NCBI RefSeq assembly: GCF_006345805.1
Contig: NW_021832043.1
Span: 1-38,047 of the forward strand
Direction of reading: 5' to 3'
Origin: Octopus sinensis
Taxonomy: Eukaryota
Length of the DNA: 38,047 bases
Shown here: one piece after another, positions 10,578 to 22,454 of the stretch
How positions within the stretch are numbered: position 1 is the stretch's first letter
How the letters are laid out: each line of letters starts with the position of its first letter
Notes under the pieces: model-generated
Databases searched by the model: none
Seen by the model: the letters and a program-made list of their open reading frames with translations, nothing else
What the model was told of the DNA's origin: nothing
Position numbers and translations under genes: made by a program

Positions 10578-10590
<13 letters not shown>
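10191..10590. mobile_element. Family H3 element with fold-back palindrome (arms 10203-10306 and 10311-10417, loop CATC)
   Basis: About 105-bp near-perfect inverted arms; the right arm continues into a body homologous to 13441-13606 (inverted); (TA)n on both flanks. Confidence 0.9.
10238..10316 (-). ncRNA. Type I hammerhead motif with fully canonical core
   Basis: Minus strand: TCTT CTGATGA GAAG...CTTC GAA ACATATGT C GAGA. G10.1-C11.1 pair, palindromic stem III, GUC triplet. Confidence 0.85.
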
Positions 10591-10629
<39 letters not shown>

Positions 10630-11204
10630 ATATATATATATATAATATACCCTTATATCTGCAGACATGCATACATATATACTCACATGCTCACATACAC
10701 AATTCATATTTATAACACACACACATATACACACACACACGCACACACAAACAGACTCACACACACACATACAAATCGGAAACCTTAGATATCCTTCTAT
10801 CATAAGTTTACTGTGGTCGCTGTTTATAAAGTCATGGACGCCCAATGTTCATTTTGCAGCCCACTTCTCCGAACTTGAAAATACTCGGGCGTGTGTGTAT
10901 GTAGTGTGAATGGAAGCTAATGTCGGCCACGGAATCCTCTGTGGGTTCGCCTTTTGTTCGAGTCAATTAAACTGGCGATGATAAAGAGATTCTTTTTATC
11001 TTAGTAGGACAATGGTGCTGTAGTTTGAGACAAACTGTCTTGTTGACATTCGATTACGCACTTCCTTCTGGGTTACGAGGCAGCTTTTGTTACAATGCAT
11101 ATTCATACTCACACACACACACACACATATTGACGCTCAAATATACGCACACTTGCATAATACACATTTACATAAATACTTACACACACACACTATCTCA
11201 TATG

Positions 11205-11440
<236 letters not shown>

Positions 11441-12090
11441 TATACACGCACAACTATTTCAATATCTATGTAATATATGTATTATACATACTCGTGCATA
11501 ATAAAATATACATATGTTCACATACACACACATGCACGCATACAGAGGCACATGGGGGCACACACACACACACACAGAGGCAAACACACAGTCACACGCA
11601 TACAAAAGTATATGTGTATGCACTTCGTTGTGTATATTTGTGTATATATATGTGTGTGTGAATGTATATGTGGGTATGTGTTTCTTTCTTGTATGTGTAT
11701 GTTCGTGCGTGTGTATCTATGTGTGTAACAGTATGTATGTATGTATGTATGTATGTATGTATGTATGTATGTATGTATGTATTTATGTATGTATGTATGT
11801 ATGTGTATGCATGTGCGTGTGTGTGTGTGTAGGTGCGTATGTGTGTTTGTAATTCGTCCACAAACCCCAGACCCCCGTCTGTATGTATAGACAAATGTAG
11901 ACAGCTCGGCAAGAGACAATACAACGCAACGATGGCCGGGTTTCAACGAGGACGCGCCATTCTGCTGTTCGGTTGTGGATTAAATTCTTTTGTGAATTTC
12001 AATCTTCGATGGAGGACAAAATTAATCCCTTCAATTAGTAAATTGTTTCCAGAAATATGTTATAGTGAGATGTGTGTGTGGTGTGTGTGT

Positions 12091-12136
12091 GTTATAAATA
12101 TGAGCGTATGTGAATGTATGCCTGTCTGTAGATAAA

Positions 12137-12201
<65 letters not shown>

Positions 12202-12490
12202 GGTATGTATATATGTATGTATATATATTTTTATATATGTCGAAATTATCAACATTAAAGTTCCTGTATTTGTGTCTGTGTGTGTGTGTTTATAAATATG
12301 ACCGTATGTGTATGTATGCATGTCTGTATATATAATATAGATATATATATATAAATATGTATGTATATATGTATGTATGTAGGTATGTATATATGTATAC
12401 ATACATATGTACATACATGCATGCATACATACATGTATTGATATTTTTATATATGTCGAAATTATCAACATTAAATTTCGTGTATTTGTG
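12091..12490. repeat. Local tandem duplication of a ~200-bp microsatellite-rich unit, with an inverted partial copy at 9639-9740
   Basis: ttataaatatgaNcgtatgtg...gtcgaaattatcaacattaaa occurs twice; reverse complement aatacacgaattttaatgttgataattt at 9641. Confidence 0.75.
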
Positions 12491-12515
12491 TGTGTGTGTG
12501 TGTATGTGTGTGCGC

Positions 12516-12571
<56 letters not shown>

Positions 12572-12812
12572 GTGTGTGTGTGTGTGTGTGTGTGAAAAAC
12601 AGTTTGTCAACAAGACAATTTGTCTGAAACCCGACGCAGTATAGAAAATATTACATATGCATATATGCTAATATTCAGGTATATACACACGGTCACGAAT
12701 ATACACACACACACACACACACATATTACAGACCGTAAAGTACAATGTACTGACCTGTTTTTCAAAAGAACAAACGGTCAATCTTCCACTTGTTATTATT
12801 CAAATAAATCAT

Positions 12813-12992
12813 GGCGGCGAGATGGCAGAATCGTTAGCACGCTGGACGAAATGCTTAGCGGTATTTCGCCCGTCTCTACGTTCTGAGTTCAAATTCCACT
12901 GTGTTCGACTTTGCCTTTTATCCTTTCGGGGCCAATAAATTAAGTACCAGTGAAACACTGGGGTTGATGCAATTGACTAATCCCCTCCCCTT
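12813..12992 (+). mobile_element. SINE family B, short-tail variant
   Basis: ggcggcgagatggcagaatcgttagc...gagttcaaattcc...cctttcggggccaataaattaagtaccag. Confidence 0.85.
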
Positions 12993-13179
12993 TAGTTCAA
13001 AGGATTATGCTAATAAATCTTCTTTCTACAAACGCCATTCGAGACTGGACTACTATCCTATTATGGCTGTTTTCTGCACTTTAATGAGCCAGAATTTTCA
13101 GTCAGCCAGGTGTATATAAAATATAACGGTATCGACCTGACCGTCAGATGTTGTTATACATCGCTAGTCACAATATACA

Positions 13180-13397
13180 TATATTTGTGTGTTTGTGTGT
13201 GTGTGTGTGTGTGTTGTGTTTGTTCCCCCACCATCGCTTGACTGGGGTGTTTACGTCCCTCCAACTTAGCGGTTCGACAAAAAGACCGATAGAATAAGTA
13301 CTAGGCTTACAAAGAATATGTCCCGGGGTCAGTTTGTTCGATGAAAGTCGGTGCTCCAGCATGGCCACTGCCAAATGACTGAAACAAATAAAAGAAT

Positions 13398-13398
<1 letters not shown>
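13180..13398 (+). mobile_element. SINE family A, 3' half
   Basis: gtgtttacgtccc...gatagaataagtactaggc...ccagcatggcc...gactgaaac. Confidence 0.85.
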
Positions 13399-13434
<36 letters not shown>

Positions 13435-13440
13435 GTTTAA

Positions 13441-13633
13441 GTAGTTGAATGAATTATCCTAGTATGGATAATTCGGTTAACCGATACCCGGGTAGCAAAT
13501 TTACGTCAGAAAGCACGGTTGAAGCTACATACCAAGGGCAGAAATCACGTGCTTTCGTGTGGAAATTTGTGTTTTTTTACTATAGATAAATGAAAGAATG
13601 GAGTCGAACGACTCCATTCTTTCATTTATCTAT
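13441..13633 (-). mobile_element. Family H3 copy 2 with a perfect 25-bp fold-back (13582-13606 / 13609-13633)
   Basis: Homologous to 10408-10590 in reverse; ends in atagataaatgaaagaatggagtcg-aa-cgactccattctttcatttatctat. Confidence 0.85.
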
Positions 13634-13682
13634 CTATCTATATATATATTGATCAAAATAAAAACATGATGCCAAGGATTCA

Positions 13683-13760
13683 GCGGTACATATGTTTCGG
13701 GCCTTTATTAGACAGATTTATAACAATGCATAATGTATGTCTGTGGCCTTCTTCAGCCGC
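13683..13760 (-). ncRNA. Type I hammerhead motif with canonical box and long stem II
   Basis: Minus strand: GCGG CTGAAGA A GGCC acaga...tctgt...GGCC C GAA ACATATGT A CCGC. GC-only 4-bp stem I, palindromic stem III, GUA triplet. Confidence 0.8.
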
Positions 13761-13972
13761 GCACAACTTCCACAAGGACATGTGTTACATCAAAAATTCT
13801 TGGTTGGGGATGCAAATCCTCTCATTCGCGTACGACATAATGCGGCAACAGCATAGAATTGAAGCGTCCATCTCTTTCTTAACACATGTCAATTTACTCC
13901 ACCACCTACACCACCAAACGGTATACACAGGTGCTTATAATTATCAAGTACTCACCCCGAATTTCTGTACTC

Positions 13973-14050
<78 letters not shown>

Positions 14051-14079
14051 AAAAGATAAAAATACTAATTGGCACAAAT

Positions 14080-14217
14080 TAAATTTAAATGCAGAAGTGA
14101 ATCTAACGGTTTTCTGTGAGTTTTTTTTAAATGTCTTATAAACACCTCCAAGCTTCTATTGTTTTTGTTTCAGCACACGATCTCAGATCAAGTCACTTGC
14201 TATGCAAATACACTTCC

Positions 14218-14218
<1 letters not shown>
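14080..14218 (+). mobile_element. Family H2 copy 2 (no HHR, no inversion)
   Basis: caaattaaatttaaatg...gaatctaacgg...cagcacacgatctcagatcaagtcacttgctatgcaa matches 3453-3580. Confidence 0.8.
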
Positions 14219-14270
<52 letters not shown>

Positions 14271-14272
<2 letters not shown>

Positions 14273-14959
14273 TTTGATACTTTGATAGGTTTCGGCCATT
14301 ATTGGCCAGGCCATGTCTAACTAATAGCAAGCACCACCTGGTGAAGTCTTTCAAGTCAGAATTTGGGCACTATGGCCCACTCAAGTAGAGAGTTATTGTT
14401 TACAGAGACATATCCGGGTGTAGGGGGTTTATCCGGGATTTCTTGAAGGAATCTGTCCAAGACTTCTTGAACCCTATAGGGTCAGTTTCTGTTTTAATGT
14501 GTTTTGGTGTAATGTTAAAGAGAGCGGGGCCAATTGAGGTGAAATAATTGTGCCGTTTGTTGTTATGAGATGAGAGTGCGATTTTTGTTTTGGGCGGATG
14601 GCACGGAGCCCAAGCCTTGGATGTACCTTAAAGGTGATGCCAACATCATTTGGGCAATGCTGATGGAATATTTTCCACATCATGCAGATGATGTAGCGCT
14701 CACGACGACGTTGGAGAGAATAAAGTTTTAGCTTTTCTAGTCGACCCCAATAGTCGAGGCCTGTCATGCCATCTATCTTTTTTGTGATTGCCCTTTGAGG
14801 TGCTTCAACTTTTATGATACTTTGTTTTGTGTGGGGAGACCACAGTGGACAACAGTATTCAAGGTGGGGTCGGGCAAAAGTGGAGAAGAGAAGGATAATG
14901 GTGTGGATATCTCTCGACTGGAAAGTTCTGAGAATCCAGGAACACATTCTGCGGGCCAG
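14271..14959 (-). mobile_element. 5'-truncated CR1-like LINE 3' end (RT C-terminal region plus 3' UTR)
   Basis: ARPHLEYCCPLWSP...LYSLQRRRERY..WKI, then by frameshift GPALFN...FLQEIPDKP...NNSL; tail (atcaaagt)x2 abuts (TA)n. Confidence 0.9.
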
Positions 14960-14987
14960 AATATATATATAAGGATAAATATATTAA

Positions 14988-15101
14988 AAGGGGTCCGTGG
15001 TAAGACTCGTTTAAAAGAAAGGTTTGGGAACCACTGTTGGGAACCACTGTTGGGAACCACTGTTGGGAACCACTGTTGGGAACCACTGTTGGGAACCACT
15101 G
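14988..15101. mobile_element. hAT-type transposon end with its TIR tandemly repeated 6 times
   Basis: ggggtccgtgg...aaaggt then (ttgggaaccactg)x6 at 15024-15101; reverse complement CAGTGGTTCCCAA is a Charlie-like hAT terminus. Confidence 0.7.
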
Positions 15102-16021
15102 GTTTAGCTAGTCGAAACTTCGAAGTCACTGTCAATACTATCCTTGTTAAAGAATAATAAATTTGTAGACTACGAAATGTACTGATTAATCCTTCAGATT
15201 AATGTAAAATTATTTTTATGGTAATCTAAAAACAAACATTAATATGTATGTAAAATATCTTCTGCTTTATAAACGAAAGGCATTTTATTAACAACACATT
15301 TTCGCAAAAAGAAAAGAAAGAAAAAAGCTTTGAGCGTATAAAAGATTAAATCATTGAGAGAGAAAAAGTGCTTCACCATGGAAACTATGAAAAGGGGGAA
15401 ATGTGATGGGGATTAAATAGCAGGAGGTGGGGAGGGAGAAAGTAACAGGTTGTACACTTCAGAACAAATGGCGTGTTTAGCTGCACTTTGAGGACATGAC
15501 TGCACAGGCATTAGCTTGGGAAATGGCCGGCAGCACTCGGTGCAGCAGCCACCCTATTACTTGGGGCTCATTTCTCAGACTGGCCGCAGATATCCCTATT
15601 TTGAAGAGAAAATCAGCCGTGCAGGGCCGGAGAAAACCTGAAGACTCGACAGCCTTCGGCAGAAACTGATAGCAGCCGGTCAGGCTGATGTACTAGTTCA
15701 TCTCTCTTCCCTCTGCGTTACTGGCGGGTTTTGCGACCCACGAAATCCCAAATAATTCATCGCAGAGCGTATAACATCGAGTTATTGCGATTTGTCGTTT
15801 TCTGAAAACAGGATTCCAATTCCTCAGACTTCAAACTTCTTAGAGTATGGTTCCTTTAATTCCGTTCTTCTCTGTTGGAATTTATTGGAAGATCCTGTCA
15901 CCTGGAACCATCCTGATACCATGGATTTGGGGTACGTTCTCTTATCATTCAATGAATTTCTTTGAGGTGGTTTTTACAGAAGCAAGAAAGGAAAAGAGAA
16001 TATGAACCTAATAGCTTATTT

Positions 16022-16177
16022 GTTGGTGGTGGTGGTGGTGGTAATAGTGATGCTGGTAGTAGTGGTAATGTTAGTGATGATAGTGTTGATAGTGGTCGTG
16101 GTGCTGCTGCTATTGCTGATACTGATGATGGTGTTGATACTAGTGGTTGGTGGTGGTGGTGGTGGTGGTGGTGGTGG
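16022..16177. repeat. Degenerate (GGT/GAT)n trinucleotide tract
   Basis: Direct reading. Confidence 0.9.
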
Positions 16178-16837
16178 TGTTTGTGGTATGCGGTGTTGTT
16201 TAGTCGCAGGTTTGATCTGAGAAGGATTTGACTACTCTTTCCAGCGGGTCAGTGAACCGTCTTGATCCTCCCCTGTTAATTCACAACTGATTGTTTCAGA
16301 CAAATGGACACCCACCGCCACCACCGTCGCCAAAATGGTCTGAGTCGGTCAACCTCTGTTTCCAAATTTTCAATGGCTCTTAGAAAGAAAACTCTAATCT
16401 GTTAGTAAATGTAATTATTAGACACCAGGCTACAAGGGATTCCAAAAACCCAGTCTTCAGTAAGAATAATATTCCTAGAAAGGACATATTCAGCTAGTGA
16501 TTTCTCCTCATCATTTACAATCACACACGAGCACACGTACACAAACATACAAGCACACACATGTAATATATATACACACACACATAAACACACACACGCA
16601 AATATAATATATAAATATATACACACACACATACTGTTGTAGTGAAACTGATACTTCCCTTCCAACGTAATAGAGTGGTATGACTCAGCCACTTTAAAGT
16701 CAGACAGTCAGTCGTTGTAGGTCAGTTGTAGTAGAGTGGTTGTAGGAGTTCTCAGTTGGAGTCAGTGTCAGTTACGAGATATATACGAGTTCGAGTTACC
16801 GCCAAAGAAGACGCTTCAAAGTCATTGTCTTGCACAT

Positions 16838-17036
16838 TTATTATTATTATTATTGTTGTTGTTGTTGTTGTTATTATTATTATTTTATTATTATTATTAT
16901 TATTATTATTTTATTATTATTATATTATCATTATTATTATTATTATTATTAATCAGGTCAGTACCTGGAATCGAACACAGAATCTTGGGGTTAGTAGCCC
17001 GCGCTCTTAACCACTACGCCATATGCCCGTGGGCAG
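16838..17036 (-). mobile_element. tRNA-derived SINE head followed by an (AAT)n tract
   Basis: Minus strand gggcatatggcgtagtggttaagagcgcgggctactaaccccaagattctgtgttcgattccagg (A and B boxes) at 17028-16956, then (AAT)n. Confidence 0.8.
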
Positions 17037-17039
17037 TAG

Positions 17040-17133
17040 TATGTATGTATGTATGCATGTATGTATGTATGTATGTATGTATGTATGTATGTATGTATGT
17101 ATGTATGTATGTATGTGTGTATGTATGTATGTA
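17040..17133. repeat. (TATG)n microsatellite (also at 11732, 27062, 31640)
   Basis: Direct reading. Confidence 0.95.
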
Positions 17134-17439
17134 TTGGTTGAAACGATTATAAAGCAAGGGGAGCAATTCATCTTTTGTCTTGCGGCAAAATTTCCCTTGC
17201 GGCGAAAAATTCTGAGCCGAGTTTTCCTGCGGCAAAAATGTTTGTGGCAAACTTTCCCGATACGACAAAATATTGTGTTCCTGCCAGCAATTACTAGGAA
17301 TGTTTTTGATATATAAATTGGTTTGTCCAACAGTATTACATCGTATTTAAGCAATGTGTTCCAGGACGATTTGTAGATTGTATGTGGGTCCGATGAAACA
17401 GCAATAATTCCTGAAATATGAATATACACCCATTTTTTT

Positions 17440-17862
17440 ATTTTTTATTTTTTTATCTAGTTTCAACTCACAAGCTGTGGCTATGCTGGGGCACCGCCAT
17501 TTGGTGTTGCTACATGATTTTACTTCACGAATGCTTTTTAGCAATTGCCATTTGGTGCATGTGAGAGTTCGATGCAGCTGCCCTCATCTGCACTTCCTGC
17601 CGTGAAGTTGGTTCATCTGGGACACCTGACAAGAAGAGGTCCAGCTTTATCTTGAAGACATCGGCAGGTCTCTCAGGTCCTTCGGGGGGATATTGAAGAG
17701 CTGTGGACCTCTGAAGCCCAGGCTATTGCAGTATCTTGTCCTACATCTTGATGGCAAATTTGGAGTCCTTGGCACTATGCAGTGTAACTCTCGAAGCCAA
17801 AGTTTGGGACAAGTCCTTCCAGGATCTTCCAGATGTATATTATGGCATATCTTTCTCGCCTA
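17440..17862 (-). mobile_element. Second CR1-like LINE family, 3' end
   Basis: RRERYAIIYIWKILEGLVPN ... RYCNSLGFRGPQLFNI ... LDLFLSGVPDEP across frameshifts; tail ggcggtgccccagcatagccacag...gaaactagataaaa. Confidence 0.85.
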
Positions 17863-18353
17863 CTTAATTTTCTATCTTGGATCGCATTGTTTACATGGAC
17901 ATATTCATATGCGAAACGTTGTAACTTGTTTGCTGGCTCTAAATATAGAAAGTTAAAACAATTTAAAATTAAAGTGAAGATTTTACTCGATACTTTTAGT
18001 AGAGTACATATTTATCAACTTTTACAAGGAAAACGATGACTGTGACTTCGAACTTTTGGCTTGCTCGTCTTCACGAGACAGTTTGATAAAAAAAAAGAAC
18101 TGGCCAAAAGCTCACAGATGAATGTCTGTACGTTTGTTTATCACAAGTTAGCGCCAATCATCAGAATCTTAGTTTCGCAGATTCAAAATGTATTTGGTTG
18201 TCTTACATTATTAAATTCCATATTTATTGACAGACAACTTTGAATATCATTCATATATGCATACCATATCATATTGTATCACATGATATACTTAAAGTAC
18301 TTTACAATTTCTATATAACATTATCGATCAATATAATGTGTGTGTATATATGT

Positions 18354-18453
<100 letters not shown>

Positions 18454-18564
18454 GTATAATATATGTATATATATATATGTATACGTATATATATATGTAT
18501 ATAATATATAATGTATACGTATATATATTATTAGTATAATGTATTATATATATATGTATATGTA

Positions 18565-18596
<32 letters not shown>

Positions 18597-18765
18597 GTAT
18601 ATATGTATGCATATGTATATTACTTCACATATTTGTATATAATATAGATCAATACACACACACAAGCATAATATCTGTATGGATGTGTATATATATATTG
18701 TATGTACGCGCGGGTGTATTATTGTGTGTACATGTGTTTGCATGCATGCATATGTGTGTGTGTAT

Positions 18766-18812
<47 letters not shown>

Positions 18813-19488
18813 CGTGTGTGATATTTTGCTTTCAGCGCCAATTAGTCGTAACACATTGGCAGAATCATATATCAACATTTTGTTATTATTAAAAAAAAAA
18901 ACCCTCCCTCCTCAGCGCACATGTTCACCCACCCACCCACCACACACAGATTATCTCGCCTTCTCTCTTCCTATCAAACCCCCTCATTACACCACCACCA
19001 CCACCACCACCCATCTCATCTTCATCATCACTGTCGTCATCATCGTCGTCGTCCTCTTCATCATCATCATGAATATTATCATATTTGTCGCCGCGTTTGC
19101 TATTTTTGTCAACATTCTTGGACGCCATCTTTTTTTAAATTTTTCCTTTATTTTATTCATTTTTCTTCATTTTGTTTCAACGAAATCTCACTGGGACCAT
19201 AACTCACGCATTCGTACATGATAATATATTATTACAATTTACATAGTTTAGTAAAGAGCATGCAATGAAAACGGACGAATCAACAAATGTAATTAGCGGG
19301 AATGAAATAAAGGTTTTATGCCGCGCCTCTTTGCATTGTTAGCTTTCTTTTCAATGACTTTTATGCCCACTTCCGGTAATACTGTCTGAGAAAACAACAC
19401 AGCGTCGCCATTGCGTCTGATTACACATTTGTAATACGTTTATGTCGTCCATGTTGCAAAATAGCAAAAGCAAAACAAAGGAGAGGGC

Positions 19489-19490
<2 letters not shown>

Positions 19491-19542
<52 letters not shown>

Positions 19543-19543
19543 T
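19491..19543. repeat. (AAT)n microsatellite
   Basis: Direct reading. Confidence 0.95.
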
Positions 19544-19762
19544 AGAAGAATGAGAAGAATGATAATAATAATTGGTGTAAAACTATATGAAATATTCGAT
19601 CGAAGATAAAATAATTAAATAAATTATTATTCACTTTCATTTAACATGCCTAAGAAACTTCCATCGCATTTTAGAAGTGACAAAAACAAAATACGCATTT
19701 TGTCTTCTTGCGCTGGTAAGTAATTTTTCTGGTTTCTAGTTTAGCGCCATGTAAGAAAGAAA

Positions 19763-20079
19763 TTCGTCCGATTACAGCAATGAGCGTTCCAGTTGATCCA
19801 GTCAACAGAACAGCCTCATCGTGAAATTAACATGCAAGTGGCTGGGTACTCCACAGACATGCGTACCCTTAATGTAGTTCTCAGCGAGATTTAACGTGAC
19901 ACAAAATGTAACAATACAGACCTTATGAATTACAGGTACAAGTCATTTTTACCAGTTGGGTGGACTGGATCAACGTGGAGTAAAGTGTCTTGCTCAAGGA
20001 CAGTCTACGCCGCCTAGAATCGAACTCACGGCCCTACGATCGGAAGCCGAATACTTTAACTACTGAATCAGGTGCCTTC
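19763..20079 (-). mobile_element. Mosaic SINE: family C-like head/core plus family D-like tail
   Basis: B-box gagttcgattct; core gtccttgagcaagacac...ccagtccacccaactgg; tail gagaactacattaagggt...cagccacttgcatgttaatttcacga shared with 30388-30774. Confidence 0.8.
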
Positions 20080-20605
20080 TTTGCAAGTAAATACAATATG
20101 GCTAACAGCATCCTGGAATAAAGTATGAAACCCTAAATTTATTCTAAATAAACTGCTGTACGAGTGTTGTATATTTTGGTCAGAGCCATTGCCATACAGG
20201 AAGTAAAACATGTATTTTTAGCTATGATGTTTTGTGATAAACATCGGCCACCAGGGTGCTGCTTCACTGCTATGTTTTTGTTGTCATCTACTCATTGCAA
20301 ACAGGTGATAGATGGATGTAAGTTGAACATATCTTTCATCTTTTAGGAGAACTTTCATTTAGATACATAAATGTTTCTTAAAGAGAAACTAGTAGACAAA
20401 TAGTGTAAGACAGTTGTAGATTTTGTATGTTGGGGAAAGAGGTGTCATGAAATAATGTGACATAATCCTATAGCTGCCGAGATACCGGAAGTAATTTTTC
20501 GTAAGTTTGTGCTGACAGACTGAGATATTTTAGCTTGTTTTCAATATTTTATCACAGGTAACAATTATTGGGCCTAACAGGCTTATGCTTGTGTATATGT
20601 ATATT

Positions 20606-20645
<40 letters not shown>

Positions 20646-21109
20646 TGTGTATGTGTGTGACTCAATAATCACAGGATTTAAATATAAGCTATCGTAAGTT
20701 TCACGCTCGGATATTACAATTATCCAGCGGGATTGTATATAGTGCTTAGTACTATTCTAGAATCGCTCAGGTTCAAAAATAAATATGGATGCTCTTTGAG
20801 AAAAATCAAGGAAAATGCAAAAAAAAAGTAAAAATAAACAATGAGAGAAACGAGAAACTAAAGTAACCCTGCATACTCGGCCAAATGGGAAAGTATCTAG
20901 ATTACTGAAATTACATTTTGGAGTAGATGCCTGGTGTGACCTACGCGTAATAATACTTTTCATGTTGTGGCAGCAACTATAAGAAATTTGCATGAAACAT
21001 GAAAGATTTTCATATAACGATGGCTATTCGGGAAATGCTTATCAAGGCTAGCAATTTTCAGCCTATATTTGTCTTAAAAGCCTAGGAGGAGGGAGTGCAA
21101 ATTCATATA

Positions 21110-21343
21110 TATATTTTTTACTACCCACAAGGGGCTAAACACAGAGGGGACAAAGAAGGACAGACAAAGGGATTAAGTCGATTACATCGACTCCAGTGCG
21201 TAACTGGTACTTAATTTATCGACCCCGAAAGGATGAAAGGCAAAGTCGACCTCGGCGGAATTTGATCCCAGAACATAACGGCAGACGAAATACGGCTCCG
21301 CAGTTCGCCCGGCGTGCTAACGTTTCTGCCAGTTCGCCGCCTT
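21110..21343 (-). mobile_element. SINE family B inserted in the PLE
   Basis: Full head and long tail; direct repeat aaattcatata at 21099-21109 and 21360-21370 (TSD-like). Confidence 0.9.
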
Positions 21344-21585
21344 GCGTGTAAATTCGTGTAAATTCATATAGCCTTCTTAAGTCTATTTTTAGGCTTCATT
21401 TTTTTTTTATATGGTCGAAGTATACATTATTCTATCTTTAAAGACACTGTTAACCAAGGTGCTATTATAGTATTATAATAGAATATGTCCTTAGAAGAGG
21501 AGATATTAGATATCTTATTACTAATATTAACTACAAGGTTTTAAAAGAAGATGGGAATGGTGACATGAATATTTTTACATATACT

Positions 21586-21679
21586 CTCTTTTACTCTTTT
21601 GCCGAACCGCTAAGTGACGGGGACGTAAACACACCAGCATCGGTTGTCAAGCATGCTAGGGGGACAACACAACACACCA

Positions 21680-21726
<47 letters not shown>

Positions 21727-21931
21727 ATAATATATATATATATATATTATATATATATATACATATATACGACAGGCTTCTTTCAGTTTCCGTCTACCAA
21801 ATCCACTCACAAGGCATTGGTCGGCCCGGGGCTATAGCAGAAGACACTTGCCCAAGATGCCACGCAGTGGGACTGAACCCGGAACCATGTGGTTGGTTAG
21901 CAAGCTACTTACCACACAGTCACTCCTGCGC
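21586..21931 (-). mobile_element. SINE family A inserted in the PLE (3' segment deleted)
   Basis: Head through gccgaaccgc joined directly to the actctttt tail; catata on both flanks. Confidence 0.9.
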
Positions 21932-22454
21932 ATATATATGTAAGTTTTTCGTTAGTTTTATGGCAGGGTGTTTTAGAATGTCAGAAAAGGCCAAGGGAAG
22001 CGTCTATGAAATGACTTTTAGTGAGATTTGCGGCTGCTGTGATCCTCAGACAATTTGCTAAAGGTAGACACGAGTCTTATCTTAAATATGTCGATGGAAT
22101 GGGTATCACAGCCGAGGGATATACCTAACCCATCATCACGGTATAGACCGATATTACTGAAAGGTATCTAAACTAGAGATTTACTTGATCACATATGTCT
22201 GCACTGTCATACGAACCCTTCGATACATCGAGCAGTTCTTCTGGTTTAGATTTTTTTACCCATACTGAACTGTTACTAAATTGGAGGAATTTTCTCATGT
22301 ATAAGTATTTTACAAAAACGTATGGAGTAACTCTTCGGTTGAGTATTAAACTCGACATAAAAACACAGCATTAATATAGGGATATGTATATTTAAACACA
22401 CATATCTATATATATAAATACATAATACATACATATATATATGTAGATAGACCT

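Larger units (their letters stand above)
20670..22360 (-). pseudogene. Decayed Penelope-like retroelement ORF (RT, linker, GIY-YIG-associated region), split by two SINEs
   Basis: In order, across frameshifts and stops: FSNSSVWVKK; GSYDSADIC (22206-22217); IGLYRDDGLG (22123-22152); RITAAANLTKSHFIDASL; NISNKISNISSSKDIF; TNIG, LDKHFPNSHRYMKIF (21002-21046); SYSCCHNMKSII; KCNFSNLDTFPFGRVC (20871-20918); YNP...KLTIAY. Motif order matches PLE proteins as recalled; no alignment was run. Confidence 0.85.

Noticed and set aside
15024-15101. CRISPR-like array
   Set aside because: 13-bp units with no spacers, eukaryotic context, and the unit matches a hAT terminus.
15648-15690. CTGAAGA...GAAAC as an HHR
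   Set aside because: No stem I and no valid stem III; consistent with chance.
15962-16231. Gly/Trp/Val-rich ORFs
   Set aside because: Product of the GGT/GAT trinucleotide tract.
16635-16835. Solo LTR (TGT...ACA)
   Set aside because: No TSD, no second copy, and no PBS or PPT visible.
20341-20400. HHR at the 3' end of the minus-strand PLE (GAAACATTTATGTA)
   Set aside because: A plausible stem III exists but there is no recognisable box; also explained by a simple gtttct/agaaac hairpin.
22178-22275. Host exon with donor CAA|gtaaat
   Set aside because: Better explained as PLE RT (GSYD motif followed by YRDD downstream).
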